NCBI RefSeq assembly: GCF_028368995.1
Contig: NZ_JAQNDL010000003.1
Location: 384,001 to 448,000, forward strand
DNA from: Nannocystis bainbridge
Lineage (GTDB): Bacteria; Myxococcota_A; Polyangia; Nannocystales; Nannocystaceae
DNA: 64,000 nucleotides
Direction of reading: 5' to 3'
Shown one piece after another: positions 1 to 9,611 of this stretch (within the stretch, counting starts at the first letter, position 1; the number at the start of each line of letters is the position of its first letter). The notes below the pieces were generated by a model. The model was not told the DNA's origin and did not search any database. It saw only the letters and a list, made by a program, of their open reading frames with translations. The translations under genes and the position numbers were made by a program.

Positions 1-189
1 CTCTTTGTGCGGCTCGAACAGCTTGATCAGCGCGTCCATCCGCGGGTCCGGCACCGGGACCACGCCGATGTTGGGGTCGATCGTGCAGAACGGGTAGTTG
101 GCCGCCTGAGCGCCGGCGTTCGACAGCGCATTGAACAGGGTGGACTTGCCGACGTTGGGCAGACCGACGATTCCGACAGCGAGCGACAT
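1..189 (-). CDS. ychF: Redox-regulated ATPase YchF (Obg family), 5' part; runs off window start
   Basis: Manual translation from ATG 189: [42 protein letters not shown], the YchF N-terminal G1/G2 signature; not in the ORF track because truncated. Confidence 0.95.
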   Translation of the reverse strand, partial: MSLAVGIVGLPNVGKSTLFNALSNAGAQAANYPFCTIDPNIGVVPVPDPRMDALIKLFEPHKE

Positions 190-280
190 GAGCCGCGGGG
201 AGGTAGCACGATCCCCCGCGGTCCGCGAACCGGGTTTTCACACAAGCGCGCCGCTCGCGCGGGCGCGCCGGGGCGCGACC

Positions 281-1015
281 TCAGAACCGGTGTTCGACGA
301 TGAGCGGCAGGACTTCCATGCCGATCAGGAAGTTGGCGTTGGTCTCCGGCGGGCGGGCCAGCGGGCGATCGCGGGAGATGGTGAAGCCGAGGACGACGTT
401 CACGTCGAGCCCCAGCGCCAGGTTGCGCAGCAGGAAGATCCGCAGGCCGCCGCCGCCGCGCACGCTCATCGACCAGGTGCGCTCGCGCGACTGCTGGCGC
501 GACTCGGTGAGGTACGGGTACCACCACGCGCCGCCGTTCAGGCCCACGCGGGCGATCGGCACCAGGTACGGGTGCTCCTTGAGGAACCACTTGTGGGCGT
601 AGCCGAGGCCGAGGTCGAAGCCCGCCACGGTGCCGCGGTTGCACGAGCCCAGCGACGCACCGAGGCCGCACTCCGGCAGGCGGAAGGTGTGCCAGTCGCC
701 GCGGTCGAGCAGGCCGGCGATCTGCACGTAGACCCAGTGCGCCTTGTAGAGCTGGCGCTCGTACTGGAAGCCGATGCGGACCCGCGGCAGGTAGCCGGCG
801 AAGCCGACCTGGACCGGCAACAGCGCGGTGATCGCGTTGCCGCCGATGATGTTCTCCGGCAGCTCGAAGCCCCGCTTCGGGCCGCTGGCCGAGCCGCTGG
901 CGCCGCTGGAGTCGACCTTGCCGCCGACGGTGACCGGCGCGGCCTCGGCAGCCCGCGGCAGCAGCGCCAGGGCGCACAGCAGGGTCCACAGCACGAACAG
1001 CTTGCGATGGGTCAT
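281..1015 (-). CDS. Secreted protein, probable outer-membrane beta-barrel
   Basis: Start at MTHRKLFVLW with signal peptide (AEA); amphipathic beta-strands; C-terminal Phe (EHRF). Confidence 0.7.
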   Translation of the reverse strand: MTHRKLFVLWTLLCALALLPRAAEAAPVTVGGKVDSSGASGSASGPKRGFELPENIIGGNAITALLPVQVGFAGYLPRVRIGFQYERQLYKAHWVYVQIAGLLDRGDWHTFRLPECGLGASLGSCNRGTVAGFDLGLGYAHKWFLKEHPYLVPIARVGLNGGAWWYPYLTESRQQSRERTWSMSVRGGGGLRIFLLRNLALGLDVNVVLGFTISRDRPLARPPETNANFLIGMEVLPLIVEHRF

Positions 1016-1287
1016 TGAAGAGGCTCCTGGCGCATCCGGCCCGCCGGGCCGGGAGGACGGGCGGGACCCGGAGAGAGATCCGGGTCCGGCGGCGTCACCG
1101 CCTGCGCGGGCGCGCCCGCAAGGGTAGCACCGCACCCGCGGGCGCCAGCAAATTCCCGGCGATGCCGGCAGTGCGGCCGACCGGACGCGGGCTGGCGCAC
1201 AATTTCCCGCCCCCGGGTGCGCCTGCGCGTCGCAGCGCGTCGATCGCGGAAATAAGGCCGACCCGCCGGTGTTACGCTTGTCGTCCC

Positions 1288-1518
1288 ATGCGTCGTGACG
1301 TCCGCGAACTGCTCGCGCTGATCGCCGCCGGCCTCGTCCTCGGTGCGCTGCACCTGGCTCTTCGGCCAGATCTGCCGTGGGTCCCGCCGCCCCGGGAAGA
1401 GGAGACCATGTGCGGCGAGGTCGAGCCCGACCTCGAAGCCTCCGCCGACGACGGGGCGCCCGCCTCGTTCGCCCCGGCGGCGCCGATGTCCAGCCCGGGC
1501 CCGGAGGATGTCCGATGA
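1288..1518 (+). CDS. Small membrane-anchored hypothetical protein (76 aa)
   Basis: MRRDVRELLALIAAGLVLGALHLALRPDLPW TM helix; ATGA overlap with next gene. Confidence 0.6.
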   Translation: MRRDVRELLALIAAGLVLGALHLALRPDLPWVPPPREEETMCGEVEPDLEASADDGAPASFAPAAPMSSPGPEDVR

Positions 1519-1555
1519 GCCAGGTTCAAGAGGACATGGCCGATCGGGCATCCCG
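1504..1555. repeat. Degenerate 14-bp-period decamer array across a gene junction (4 units)
   Basis: GAGGATGTCC 1504, AGCCAGGTTC 1518, GGACATGGCC 1532, GGGCATCCCG 1546. Confidence 0.45.
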
Positions 1556-1979
1556 GTGGCGACGCGGCGGCATCTGGGCGCTGCGCCTGGTCGTCGCCGG
1601 CGTGCTGCTCGCCGCCGCCGCGCCCAAGCTGGCCGACCCGGCCGGGTTCGCGGCCAAGCTGCCCAACTACCGCCTGTTCCCCGACCTCCTCGTCAACATC
1701 GTCGCCACCACTGCGCCGATGCTCGAGCTGTTGGCCGCGCTGGCGCTGCTGTCCGGGCGGCTGTACCGCGGCGGCGTGTGGCTGGCGGTCCTGCTGATGG
1801 CGACCTTCACGCTGCTGATCGGCTCGGCGCTGGCGCGGGGGATCGATCTCGACTGCGGCTGCTTCGGCAACGCCGTCCAGGCCGAGCCGGTGGGCGCGCT
1901 CGACCTCGTGCGCAACGTCGTGTTGCTCGGCCTCACCCTGGTCCTGGCGCTCGACCTCGGGCGTGAGCCGGCGCGGTGA
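1515..1979 (+). CDS. MauE/DoxX family membrane protein
   Basis: Four TM helices, KLADP..FA...Y motif, GIDLDCGCFG and RN motifs. Confidence 0.88.
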   Translation: MSQVQEDMADRASRWRRGGIWALRLVVAGVLLAAAAPKLADPAGFAAKLPNYRLFPDLLVNIVATTAPMLELLAALALLSGRLYRGGVWLAVLLMATFTLLIGSALARGIDLDCGCFGNAVQAEPVGALDLVRNVVLLGLTLVLALDLGREPAR

Positions 1980-2060
1980 GGAGCTTCACGCGTCCGGACG
2001 CCGGTCACCTTCCCTTCGTGACCGCGAGAGCCGCCGGGCCCGCGTGGTAGACACGCGTCG

Positions 2061-3248
2061 ATGACCGGCGTCCCGTACATCCTCTCGATCGATCACCTGC
2101 TCACCGACGAGGAGCGCCTGACCTGGCAGGCCGCGCGGGACTTCGGCGCCCGACGGATCGCCCCGGTCATCGAGCAGCACTACGAGCGCGGCAGCTTCCC
2201 GCGCGAGCTCATCCCCGAGTTCGCGGCCATGGGCTTCCTCGGCGCCCCGCTGCACGGTTACGGCTGCGCCGGCATGAACCCGGTCGCCTACGGCCTGACG
2301 ATGATCGAGCTCGAGCGGCAGGACAGCGGCATCCGCAGCTTCTGCTCGGTCCAGTCGGCGCTGGCGATGTGGCCGATCTTCGCCTACGGCGACGAGGCCC
2401 AGCGCGAGCGCTGGCTGCCCGGCATGGCCCGCGGCGAGATCATCGGCGCCTTCGGCCTGACCGAGCCGAACAGCGGCAGCGACCCCGGCTCGATGCGCAC
2501 CCACGCCCGCCAGCACGAGGCCGGCGGCGACTACGTGCTGACCGGCCAGAAGATGTGGATCACCAACAGCCCGATCGCCGACGTGCTGGTGGTGTGGGCC
2601 AAGACGCTCGACTTCGGCAGTGACACCCCGGTCATCCGCGGCTTCCTCGTCGAGCGCGGCATGGCCGGGCTGCAGACCCCGGAGACCCACGGCAAGCTCA
2701 GCCTGCGCGCCTCGATCACCGGCGAGATCGTGCTCGACGAAGTGCGCGTGCCCGCGGCCAACCTGCTGCCCGGCGTGCGCGGCCTCAAGGGTCCGCTCGG
2801 CTGCCTCACCCAGGCCCGCTACGGCATCGGCTGGGGCGCCGTGGGCGCGGCCATGAGCGTGTACGAGCGAGCCCGCGACTACACCCTCGAGCGGACCCAA
2901 TTCGGGCGCCCGATCGCCGGCTTCCAGCTCACCCAGCAGAAGCTCGTCGAGCTGCACAACGACATCGGCAAGGGCCTGCTGCTCGCCTTCCACTTCGGTC
3001 GGCTCAAGCAGGACGGCAAGCTGACCCCCGAGCAGGTCTCGTACCTCAAGCGCGACAACGTGCGCATGGCCCTGGAGTCCGCCCGCACCGCCCGCTCGAT
3101 GCTCGGCGGCAACGGCATCATGGGCGAGTTTCACATCATGCGGCACCTGTGCAACCTCGAGACGGTCTTCACCTACGAGGGCACCCACGAGATCCACACT
3201 CTGGCGATCGGCCGCGCCCTGACCGGGCTGGCGGCCTTCAACGGCTGA
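2061..3248 (+). CDS. gcdH: Acyl-CoA dehydrogenase, glutaryl-CoA dehydrogenase type
   Basis: FGLTEPNSGSDP, GQKMWITNSP, SVQSALAM, TYEGTHEIH motifs. Confidence 0.9.
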   Translation: MTGVPYILSIDHLLTDEERLTWQAARDFGARRIAPVIEQHYERGSFPRELIPEFAAMGFLGAPLHGYGCAGMNPVAYGLTMIELERQDSGIRSFCSVQSALAMWPIFAYGDEAQRERWLPGMARGEIIGAFGLTEPNSGSDPGSMRTHARQHEAGGDYVLTGQKMWITNSPIADVLVVWAKTLDFGSDTPVIRGFLVERGMAGLQTPETHGKLSLRASITGEIVLDEVRVPAANLLPGVRGLKGPLGCLTQARYGIGWGAVGAAMSVYERARDYTLERTQFGRPIAGFQLTQQKLVELHNDIGKGLLLAFHFGRLKQDGKLTPEQVSYLKRDNVRMALESARTARSMLGGNGIMGEFHIMRHLCNLETVFTYEGTHEIHTLAIGRALTGLAAFNG

Positions 3249-3320
3249 CGCGAACCAGCGACGTCGCCGTCACCCTCGGGGACGTCTCGCTATCGGCAGC
3301 GCTGCCCGACCGGCGCTGGC

Positions 3321-3476
3321 TCACCACGCCAGCGGGATGACGCCCTGGACCACCAGGCCGATCAGCACCAGGGACAGCGACAGAATCAGCACGAAGAACC
3401 CGGTCGATGGCGCGGCGCCCGGCGTCGCGGGCGAGGGCGCGTGGCAGGAGCAATAACCGGGGCCGTGGATCTGCAT
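3321..3476 (-). CDS. Putative small membrane protein (51 aa)
   Basis: MQIHGPGYCSCH followed by a hydrophobic C-terminal helix; no family recognised. Confidence 0.35.
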   Translation of the reverse strand: MQIHGPGYCSCHAPSPATPGAAPSTGFFVLILSLSLVLIGLVVQGVIPLAW

Positions 3477-3709
3477 CGGGGCTGATTCGCAGCTTAGCAC
3501 GCCGGGCTGGGCTGCGAACAAACCGGGCCTCTCGGGCCGCCGTGCGGGCACGTGCACATGGGGCGGGCCGCCTGCGCGGCGAGCGGACGTGCCGAGCGGC
3601 GCGTCCGAGGGCCCTCGCGTCGCGGGGGCTATCGTGGTGGACCGGGCGCCGCGCGGAAAGGGCCGCGACCCTCGCCAGTCCGGTCGACTTCCGCTAGGTT
3701 AGGCGGGCC

Positions 3710-4300
3710 ATGGTCCACCCGGTCCAGAGTGTCATCGAGTCGCTGTACGCGGCCGGTCGCTGCCCCCGCCTTCACGTCGACGCGACCCATGCCTCGGTGA
3801 CGGTGCCGGACTTCATCCGCCAGCAGTGGCGAGAGCGCCTCATCATCGACCTCGACGCCAGCTATCCGCTCGACCTGGTGTTCGGCGAGACCGGCCTCGC
3901 GGCCGACCTCTCGTTCGGCGGGCAAGTGACCCGCTGTTCGTTCCCCTGGGAGTCGATCTACATCGTCACCGACCGCTCGACCGGCCGCGGCATCGTCCTC
4001 GACCGCCACGTCCCCGAGTCGGTCAAGCGCCAGGCCGCCGGTCAGCAGCCGACCCCCGCCTTCGACAGCGCGATCACCAAGCTCGAGCTGCCCACCGAGC
4101 CCAAGCCGGAGCTGCGCCGCGTCGACACCGCGCCTGCCGAGGCCGAGTCCGATGCCGACTCCGATGCCGATGGCGAGTCCGAGACCGCGGCCGAGCCGGC
4201 CGTGGCCGAAGCCGCACCGCCCGCCGCCGCGGCCAGCCCGAGCGACGATCAGGCCAAGAAGCGGCGCGCGGCCTTCCGCGTCATCGACGGCGGCGGTTGA
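3710..4300 (+). CDS. sspB: ClpXP specificity-enhancing factor SspB-like
   Basis: LHVDAT...VTVP, LSFGG...CSFPWESI, acidic linker, C-terminal FRVIDGG ClpX-binding-like motif. Confidence 0.8.
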   Translation: MVHPVQSVIESLYAAGRCPRLHVDATHASVTVPDFIRQQWRERLIIDLDASYPLDLVFGETGLAADLSFGGQVTRCSFPWESIYIVTDRSTGRGIVLDRHVPESVKRQAAGQQPTPAFDSAITKLELPTEPKPELRRVDTAPAEAESDADSDADGESETAAEPAVAEAAPPAAAASPSDDQAKKRRAAFRVIDGGG

Positions 4301-4431
4301 TCGCCAGGCGTGGCACGCTCCTGCTCCTCCGCGCTCGCCTCGCGACCGTCGCCGCGATCGCACGACAGCCGGCCGGCCCGCGCACGGCGGGCTGACCCGG
4401 CGCTCACCCTTCGCCCCCACGGAGCCTGGCG

Positions 4432-4728
4432 ATGAAGCTCGCGGCCACCTTCGTCATCCTCTTCCTCGCCCTGCTCGCGGCGCTGTGGATCGCCTTTGTC
4501 CGGGCCCCTGCGCCGCACGAGGTGTGCCAGCGCAAGGCCGACATCCTGCGCGCCGAGGCCGGCGGCGAGCACGGCGAGGCCGTCGACAACTTGCTCGACC
4601 AGTACCGCCTCGGCTGTCGCAAGCAGGCCGAGGCGCTGCTCCAGCTGCGCGGCAAGCTCGTCTACGCGCGGCACGCCAAGTGTGTGATGGCGGCGCGTAC
4701 GTTGGCTGACGCCGAGCGGTGCGGCTGA
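4432..4728 (+). CDS. Small membrane-anchored protein with 4 Cys
   Basis: N-terminal TM helix; VCQRK...GCRK...KCVM...RCG; high GC3. Confidence 0.65.
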   Translation: MKLAATFVILFLALLAALWIAFVRAPAPHEVCQRKADILRAEAGGEHGEAVDNLLDQYRLGCRKQAEALLQLRGKLVYARHAKCVMAARTLADAERCG

Positions 4729-4771
4729 GCCCTCGACCCGCCGGGCCGGACCTCTATACTCCGGCCTCGCC

Positions 4772-5659
4772 ATGACCACGCAGTTCATCCCGAGCGCCGG
4801 CTTGCTGTCCACGCGCAAGGCCGCCGCCCCGGCCGCCCTCGACGACGAGACCAGCACCTACAAGCTCCACCGCCGCTTCGACCGCATGGGTCGGTTGGTC
4901 GGCGATCCCGGCATGCAGCGGCTGTTCGCCAGTCACGTGGTCGTCGTCGGCCTCGGCGGCGTCGGCAGCTGGGCCGCCGAGTCGCTGGCCCGCAGCGGCG
5001 TCGGCAAGCTCACGATCGTCGACTTCGACCTGATCTGCGTCACCAACGCCAACCGCCAGCTGCACGCCGTGCGCGGCACCACCGGCAAGCCCAAGGCCGT
5101 CGTCATGGCTGAGCGCCTGCGGCTCATCAACCCTCGCTGCGAGGTCGAGCCGCGCCAGGAGTTCTACAACGCCGAGGCCAGCGACGCCTTGTTGGCCGGC
5201 GCGCCCGACCTGGTGGTCGACGCGATCGACAACCTGGCCGCCAAGACCCACCTGATCGCCACCTGTCGCAAGCGGCAGATCCCGCTGGTGGTCTCGGGCG
5301 GCGCCTCGGGCCGCATGGACCCGACCCAGATCCGGATCGCCGACCTCAACGCCGTCGAGAACGACCCCTTCCTGGCGGCCACCCGCAAGCTGCTGCGCAA
5401 GCACCACGAGTTCCCCCACCGCGACAAGGAGTCGTGGGGGATCCCCGCCGTCTACTCGCCCGAGCCCGCGCGCGACCCGCTCGACCTCGACTACGACGGC
5501 GGCGAGGGCTTCCGCTGCGTGTGCCCGCAGGGCGAGAACGACCTCCACGGCTGCATGCACCGCAACGTCATCTACGGCACCGCCAGCTTCGTCACCGGCG
5601 CCTTCGGCCTCGCCTGCGCCAGCGCGGCCGTCCGCACCCTGCTCGGCCAGCCGGTCTGA
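4772..5659 (+). CDS. tcdA: tRNA threonylcarbamoyladenosine dehydratase (ThiF/TcdA family)
   Basis: VVGLGGVGSWAAESLARSGVG, DFDLICVTNANRQ, VDAID, DPTQIRIADL, VYSPE, GTASFVTGAFG. Confidence 0.9.
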   Translation: MTTQFIPSAGLLSTRKAAAPAALDDETSTYKLHRRFDRMGRLVGDPGMQRLFASHVVVVGLGGVGSWAAESLARSGVGKLTIVDFDLICVTNANRQLHAVRGTTGKPKAVVMAERLRLINPRCEVEPRQEFYNAEASDALLAGAPDLVVDAIDNLAAKTHLIATCRKRQIPLVVSGGASGRMDPTQIRIADLNAVENDPFLAATRKLLRKHHEFPHRDKESWGIPAVYSPEPARDPLDLDYDGGEGFRCVCPQGENDLHGCMHRNVIYGTASFVTGAFGLACASAAVRTLLGQPV

Positions 5660-5671
5660 AGCTGCCTGAAG

Positions 5672-5751
5672 GGGCATGTCCTGCGGGGCATGCCCTCATG
5701 GGCATGTCCAAACGAGCATGTCGCATCGGACATGCTCCATCGAACATGTGA
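5672..5751. repeat. 14-bp-period RRRCATGYYY array (6 units)
   Basis: GGGCATGTCC 5672, GGGCATGCCC 5686, GGGCATGTCC 5700, GAGCATGTCG 5714, GGACATGCTC 5728, GAACATGTGA 5742. Confidence 0.92.
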
Positions 5752-5757
5752 CGATCT

Positions 5758-6888
5758 CTAGCTGCCCCAGCGGACGAACTGGGCCACCAGCTCGGCCAGG
5801 TCCGCCACCGAGGTCGGCGCCGGGTCACGCAGCGGCAGCAGCCACAGCGGCAAGCGCGGATAGGCGGCGGTCAGCGCTTGCCCGGCCGCCACCGACTGCT
5901 CGCCTTGCACGCGCAGCCCCGCGTACACCCCGAGCACCCGCTGCAACGTGTCCTCGAGGACAGCCGGCTCCACCTGCTCGGCCAGCGTCGCCTGCACCGC
6001 CTCGGTCGGCGGCGGCGGCGGGAACGGCGGCAGCACCCGATTGAGGACCACGCTGTCGACCCGCAGCCCGCGCTCGTGCAGCACGCGGAGGAAATCGAGC
6101 CCCTCGCGCACGCTCAGCGGCGACGCGGAAGTCGCCAGCACCACCCCGGTGTCGGGCGACGTGAGCAGCGTCGAGAAGTCGCCGGCGCGCTGCTGGAAGG
6201 CGGAGAGCACCCCGGAGAAGTCGCGGAGGAACGCCCCCAGCTCGGCCAGGAATTCGCCGCCCCCGATCGCCCCGAGGGCCTTCAGCACCACCCCGTTGCC
6301 GACCCCCAGCAGGCGCGCGCCGAGCTTGCCGCCGCCGGTGAGGATCCGCGTCGCCGGGTTGGTCACGACCTCGTGGATCCGCTCGGGCGCGCTGAGGAAA
6401 TCGATCGCGTTGGCCGTCGGCGGCGTGTCGAGCACGATCAGGTCGTAGCGGCGCTCCGCGTGCAGGATCTGCAGCTGGGCCATCGCCGCGTACTCGAGCG
6501 CCCCGCCGAGGTTCTCCGCGATCGCCCGGTAGATCGGGTTCTGCGTGATCTGGCGGGCCGCCGCCGGCGTCTCCGCGTAGGCGCGGACGATGCGGTCGAA
6601 CACCACGTCGGGCGCCAGCAGCAGCGCGTGCAGGCTGCCCTTGCCCTCGAGCGGCAGCGGCACCGGCAGCTCCTCGCCGGCGCGGGCCCGGTCCTGGCCG
6701 AGCGCCTGGGCCAGGCGGCGCGACGGATCGATCGTCACCACCAGCACGCGCTTGCCCTGGCGGGCCGCCCCCAGCGCCAGCGCCGCCGCGCAGGTCGTCT
6801 TGCCGACCCCGCCCGGGCCGACGCACAGCAGCACCCGGCGCGACGGCCCCGCGGACAGCGGGTCCCCTCCTGGTCGGGGTGAGGTCAT
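5758..6888 (-). CDS. ArsA/Get3-family P-loop ATPase
   Basis: Start MTSPRP; GPGGVGKTT, VVTIDPSRRLAQALG, DLIVLDTPPT. Confidence 0.88.
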   Translation of the reverse strand: MTSPRPGGDPLSAGPSRRVLLCVGPGGVGKTTCAAALALGAARQGKRVLVVTIDPSRRLAQALGQDRARAGEELPVPLPLEGKGSLHALLLAPDVVFDRIVRAYAETPAAARQITQNPIYRAIAENLGGALEYAAMAQLQILHAERRYDLIVLDTPPTANAIDFLSAPERIHEVVTNPATRILTGGGKLGARLLGVGNGVVLKALGAIGGGEFLAELGAFLRDFSGVLSAFQQRAGDFSTLLTSPDTGVVLATSASPLSVREGLDFLRVLHERGLRVDSVVLNRVLPPFPPPPPTEAVQATLAEQVEPAVLEDTLQRVLGVYAGLRVQGEQSVAAGQALTAAYPRLPLWLLPLRDPAPTSVADLAELVAQFVRWGS

Positions 6889-6954
6889 CGCCGGTCCCCC
6901 GCCCCGCCGCGGGCCGTGGACGCGCCCGAAAGAAATGCCGTAGTCTCGCCGCCC

Positions 6955-7476
6955 GTGAGCGCGAGCAGAGAATTTGTCGTGCGCATCGGCGAGCGCGAGC
7001 TCGTCGCGCGAGTGACCGCCTCCGACCCGCCCGTCGTCGTCGTCGACGGCGTCGCCCACGAGGTCACGCCGGTCGCCGGCGGGCGCAGCCACGTGCGCGT
7101 GCAGGGCGAGGCGGCCCAGCGGATCGTCAGCCTCGACGGCGCGGCCTCGCCGACGGCCGCCGCGATCGGCGGCGTCGCCTTCGCCCTCGACGTCCGCACA
7201 GCCCAGGCGGCCGCCCGCGACGCCGCCCTCGCGGCCACCGGCAGCGCCAGCGCCGGCGGCGGCCTCGTCAAGGCGCCCATGCCCGGTCGCGTCGTCCGCG
7301 TGCTCGTCAGCGCCGGCCAGACCGTCGAGCGCGGCACCCCGCTCGTCATCGTCGAGGCCATGAAGATGGAGAACGAGCTGCTGGCCACCGTCGCCGGCGT
7401 CATCAAGGCCGTGCACGTCGGCGAGGGCGTCGCCGTCGACGCCGGCCAGGCCCTGGTCGAGCTCGACCCGTCCTGA
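6955..7476 (+). CDS. Biotin carboxyl carrier protein (biotin/lipoyl attachment domain)
   Basis: APMPGRVV and EAMKMEN biotinylation motif; start GTG 6955 or 6916. Confidence 0.88.
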   Translation: MSASREFVVRIGERELVARVTASDPPVVVVDGVAHEVTPVAGGRSHVRVQGEAAQRIVSLDGAASPTAAAIGGVAFALDVRTAQAAARDAALAATGSASAGGGLVKAPMPGRVVRVLVSAGQTVERGTPLVIVEAMKMENELLATVAGVIKAVHVGEGVAVDAGQALVELDPS

Positions 7477-7477
7477 A

Positions 7478-7501
7478 GGTCATGTCCTGAGGGACCTGTC
7501 C
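7478..7501. repeat. 14-bp-period decamer pair
   Basis: GGTCATGTCC 7478, GGACCTGTCC 7492 in a 40-bp convergent gap. Confidence 0.65.
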
Positions 7502-7516
7502 GATTGACCATCTGAT

Positions 7517-8482
7517 TCACGCCGCCCTCCGCGGCTCGAGCGTCGCCAGCACGTCTTCGACGTCGGCCAGCCCCGCGAAGCCCTGGAAGCGCCACGGCAG
7601 CGGCACCACCGGCGGCACCCGGCGGCCCGCCTCTTGCTCGCCGGCCAGCCACGTCTCGACGTGACCGCGCTGGCGCGCCGCCTGTTGCGCCACCACATTG
7701 GTCGCGGCCAGCATGCGCGCCACCTGGCCGTCGGGGTCGAGCGCGGGCGGACCGGCCTGGAACGCCGGCAGCTCGGGCCACGTGCCGTTGACGAAGATCC
7801 CGCCGATGTGCACCCGCGACTCGCTGCGCAGCGACGCCGCCATCTCGCCCAGCTCGGTCAGCGGCCAGCGGTCGGGCAGGCCGACCAGCACCGCCTGCGT
7901 CACCATCGGATCCTCGAGGCTCGCTTGCATCGCCTGGGCCTCACGCGGCAGCGGTCCGACCCGCACCGCCTTCAGGATCGCTTGCGGGATCCCCAGCGTG
8001 TAGCGGAGGTGGCCCGTCGCTGGCCCGTCGAACACCACCACGTCGAAGCTGCGCGCCCGGACCGCCTCGTGCCAGATCTTGCCGAGCACCGCGAAATCGT
8101 CGAGCCCGGGCACCGCGCGGACCAGGCGGCGGATCGGCGCGCTGTCGAAGACCGCGCCGGCGATCCGCTCGCTGCGCAGCACCATCGTCCCGTACTCGCG
8201 CACGCACACCGTCGGCACCACGCGCTGGACGAACAGGCCCGGGCCTGCGACCGACGGCGTCTCGCTCAGCGTGCGGTGGCCGAGCATCCACGCCAGGCGG
8301 TCGTCGAGGCCGACTGTCGCCACCAGCACCCGCCGGCCGCGCCGGGCCAGGGACAGGCCGAGGAGCGCGGCGACCGTCGTTCTGCCGACGCCGCCTTTGC
8401 CGCTGACGACCAGCAGCTGACGCTGGGCGAGGGCATCGAGGACGGCTCCGAACCCGGAGGCGGGGGCGCTGGAGACAGCCAT
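7517..8482 (-). CDS. ArsA-related P-loop ATPase (second paralogue)
   Basis: Start MAVSSA; SGKGGVGRTT, PGLDDFAVLGK, DGPATGH. Confidence 0.85.
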   Translation of the reverse strand: MAVSSAPASGFGAVLDALAQRQLLVVSGKGGVGRTTVAALLGLSLARRGRRVLVATVGLDDRLAWMLGHRTLSETPSVAGPGLFVQRVVPTVCVREYGTMVLRSERIAGAVFDSAPIRRLVRAVPGLDDFAVLGKIWHEAVRARSFDVVVFDGPATGHLRYTLGIPQAILKAVRVGPLPREAQAMQASLEDPMVTQAVLVGLPDRWPLTELGEMAASLRSESRVHIGGIFVNGTWPELPAFQAGPPALDPDGQVARMLAATNVVAQQAARQRGHVETWLAGEQEAGRRVPPVVPLPWRFQGFAGLADVEDVLATLEPRRAA

Positions 8483-8642
8483 GGAATGGGGCGAACCTTG
8501 GCACAGACCCGGGCCGCTCGCTACCACAAGGCGCCAAACCCTCACGTGTGGCCGCCCTCCCCGGGAGGTCTCCGGCTGCGCCCTTGACCTCCCCGCCGCC
8601 GGCGACCATTCTCCGCCCACGATCGGCCGGGAGATTACGGAC

Positions 8643-9434
8643 GTGGCAGTCGAGATCAAGAGCAAGCGCGACATCGAGAAGATGCGGGCCACGTGCCGGC
8701 TGGCGGCCTCCGTGCTCGACCACATCGCCCCGCACGTCGTCCCCGGCGTCACCACCGGCCAGCTCGACAAGATCTGCCACGAGTACATCGTCGGCCACGG
8801 CGCCTACCCCTCGCCGCTCAACTACAAGGGCTTCCCGCGCTCGATCTGCACCTCGGTCAACGAGGTCATCTGCCACGGCATCCCTGGCGACCAGGTCCTC
8901 GCCGCCGGCGACATCGTCAACATCGACATCACCACCACCCTCGACGGCTACTTCGGCGACTGCTCCGACATGTTCGTCGTCGGCGGCAGCACCACCCCCG
9001 AGGCGCAGCAGCTGATCGACGTCACCCGCGAGTCGCTGTGGCTCGGCATCGCCGAGGTCAGCCCGACCAAGCGGATCGGCGACATCGGCGCGGCGATCTA
9101 CGAGTTCGCCCACGGCCGCCACGGCTACGGCGTCGTCGAGGCCTTCTGCGGCCACGGCATCGGCCGCGAGTTCCACATGGCGCCGCAGGTCTCGCACGTC
9201 GGCAAGCGCGGCAACGGCCTGCGCATGAAGCCGGGCATGACCTTCACCATCGAGCCGATGATCAACATCGGCACCCCCCACTGCGACATCCTGGCTGACG
9301 GCTGGACCGCCGTCACCAAGGACCTCAAGTGGAGCGCCCAGGTCGAGCACACGATCCTCGTCACCGACCACGGCTACGAGGTCCTCACCCTGCGCGACGC
9401 CTCCTGGCGGCCCTCCTGGGCCCGCGCCAGCTGA
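8643..9434 (+). CDS. map: Type I methionine aminopeptidase
   Basis: SICTSVNEVICHGIP, GDIVNID, GHGIG, FTIEPMIN, SAQVEHTI; GTG start. Confidence 0.96.
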   Translation: MAVEIKSKRDIEKMRATCRLAASVLDHIAPHVVPGVTTGQLDKICHEYIVGHGAYPSPLNYKGFPRSICTSVNEVICHGIPGDQVLAAGDIVNIDITTTLDGYFGDCSDMFVVGGSTTPEAQQLIDVTRESLWLGIAEVSPTKRIGDIGAAIYEFAHGRHGYGVVEAFCGHGIGREFHMAPQVSHVGKRGNGLRMKPGMTFTIEPMINIGTPHCDILADGWTAVTKDLKWSAQVEHTILVTDHGYEVLTLRDASWRPSWARAS

Positions 9435-9459
9435 GCGCCCGCCGGACCTGCCCTCGGGC

Positions 9460-9530
9460 CAGGCTCCCGCGCGAGCCTGCTGAGGTCTCTTTGGACATCA
9501 ACCTTGGGTCAGGCTCTCCGCGCGAGCCTG
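9460..9530. repeat. Two copies of a CAGGCTC-N6/7-GAGCCTG hairpin, 50 bp apart
   Basis: 9460-9479 and 9510-9530, directly left of the decamer array. Confidence 0.6.
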
Positions 9531-9531
9531 G

Positions 9532-9611
9532 CAGCATGTCTCTTCAGACATGACCTTCGGGACATTCCCGTACGCGCATGTCCCGAAGGTCATGTCCTTC
9601 AGGACATGACC
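9532..9611. repeat. 14-bp-period RRRCATGYYY array (6 units)
   Basis: CAGCATGTCT 9532, AGACATGACC 9546, GGACATTCCC 9560, GCGCATGTCC 9574, GGTCATGTCC 9588, GGACATGACC 9602. Confidence 0.9.

Noticed and set aside
5672-5751. Decamer arrays as CRISPR arrays
   Set aside because: Repeat is 10 bp and spacer 4 bp, far below CRISPR dimensions; no cas genes in the window.
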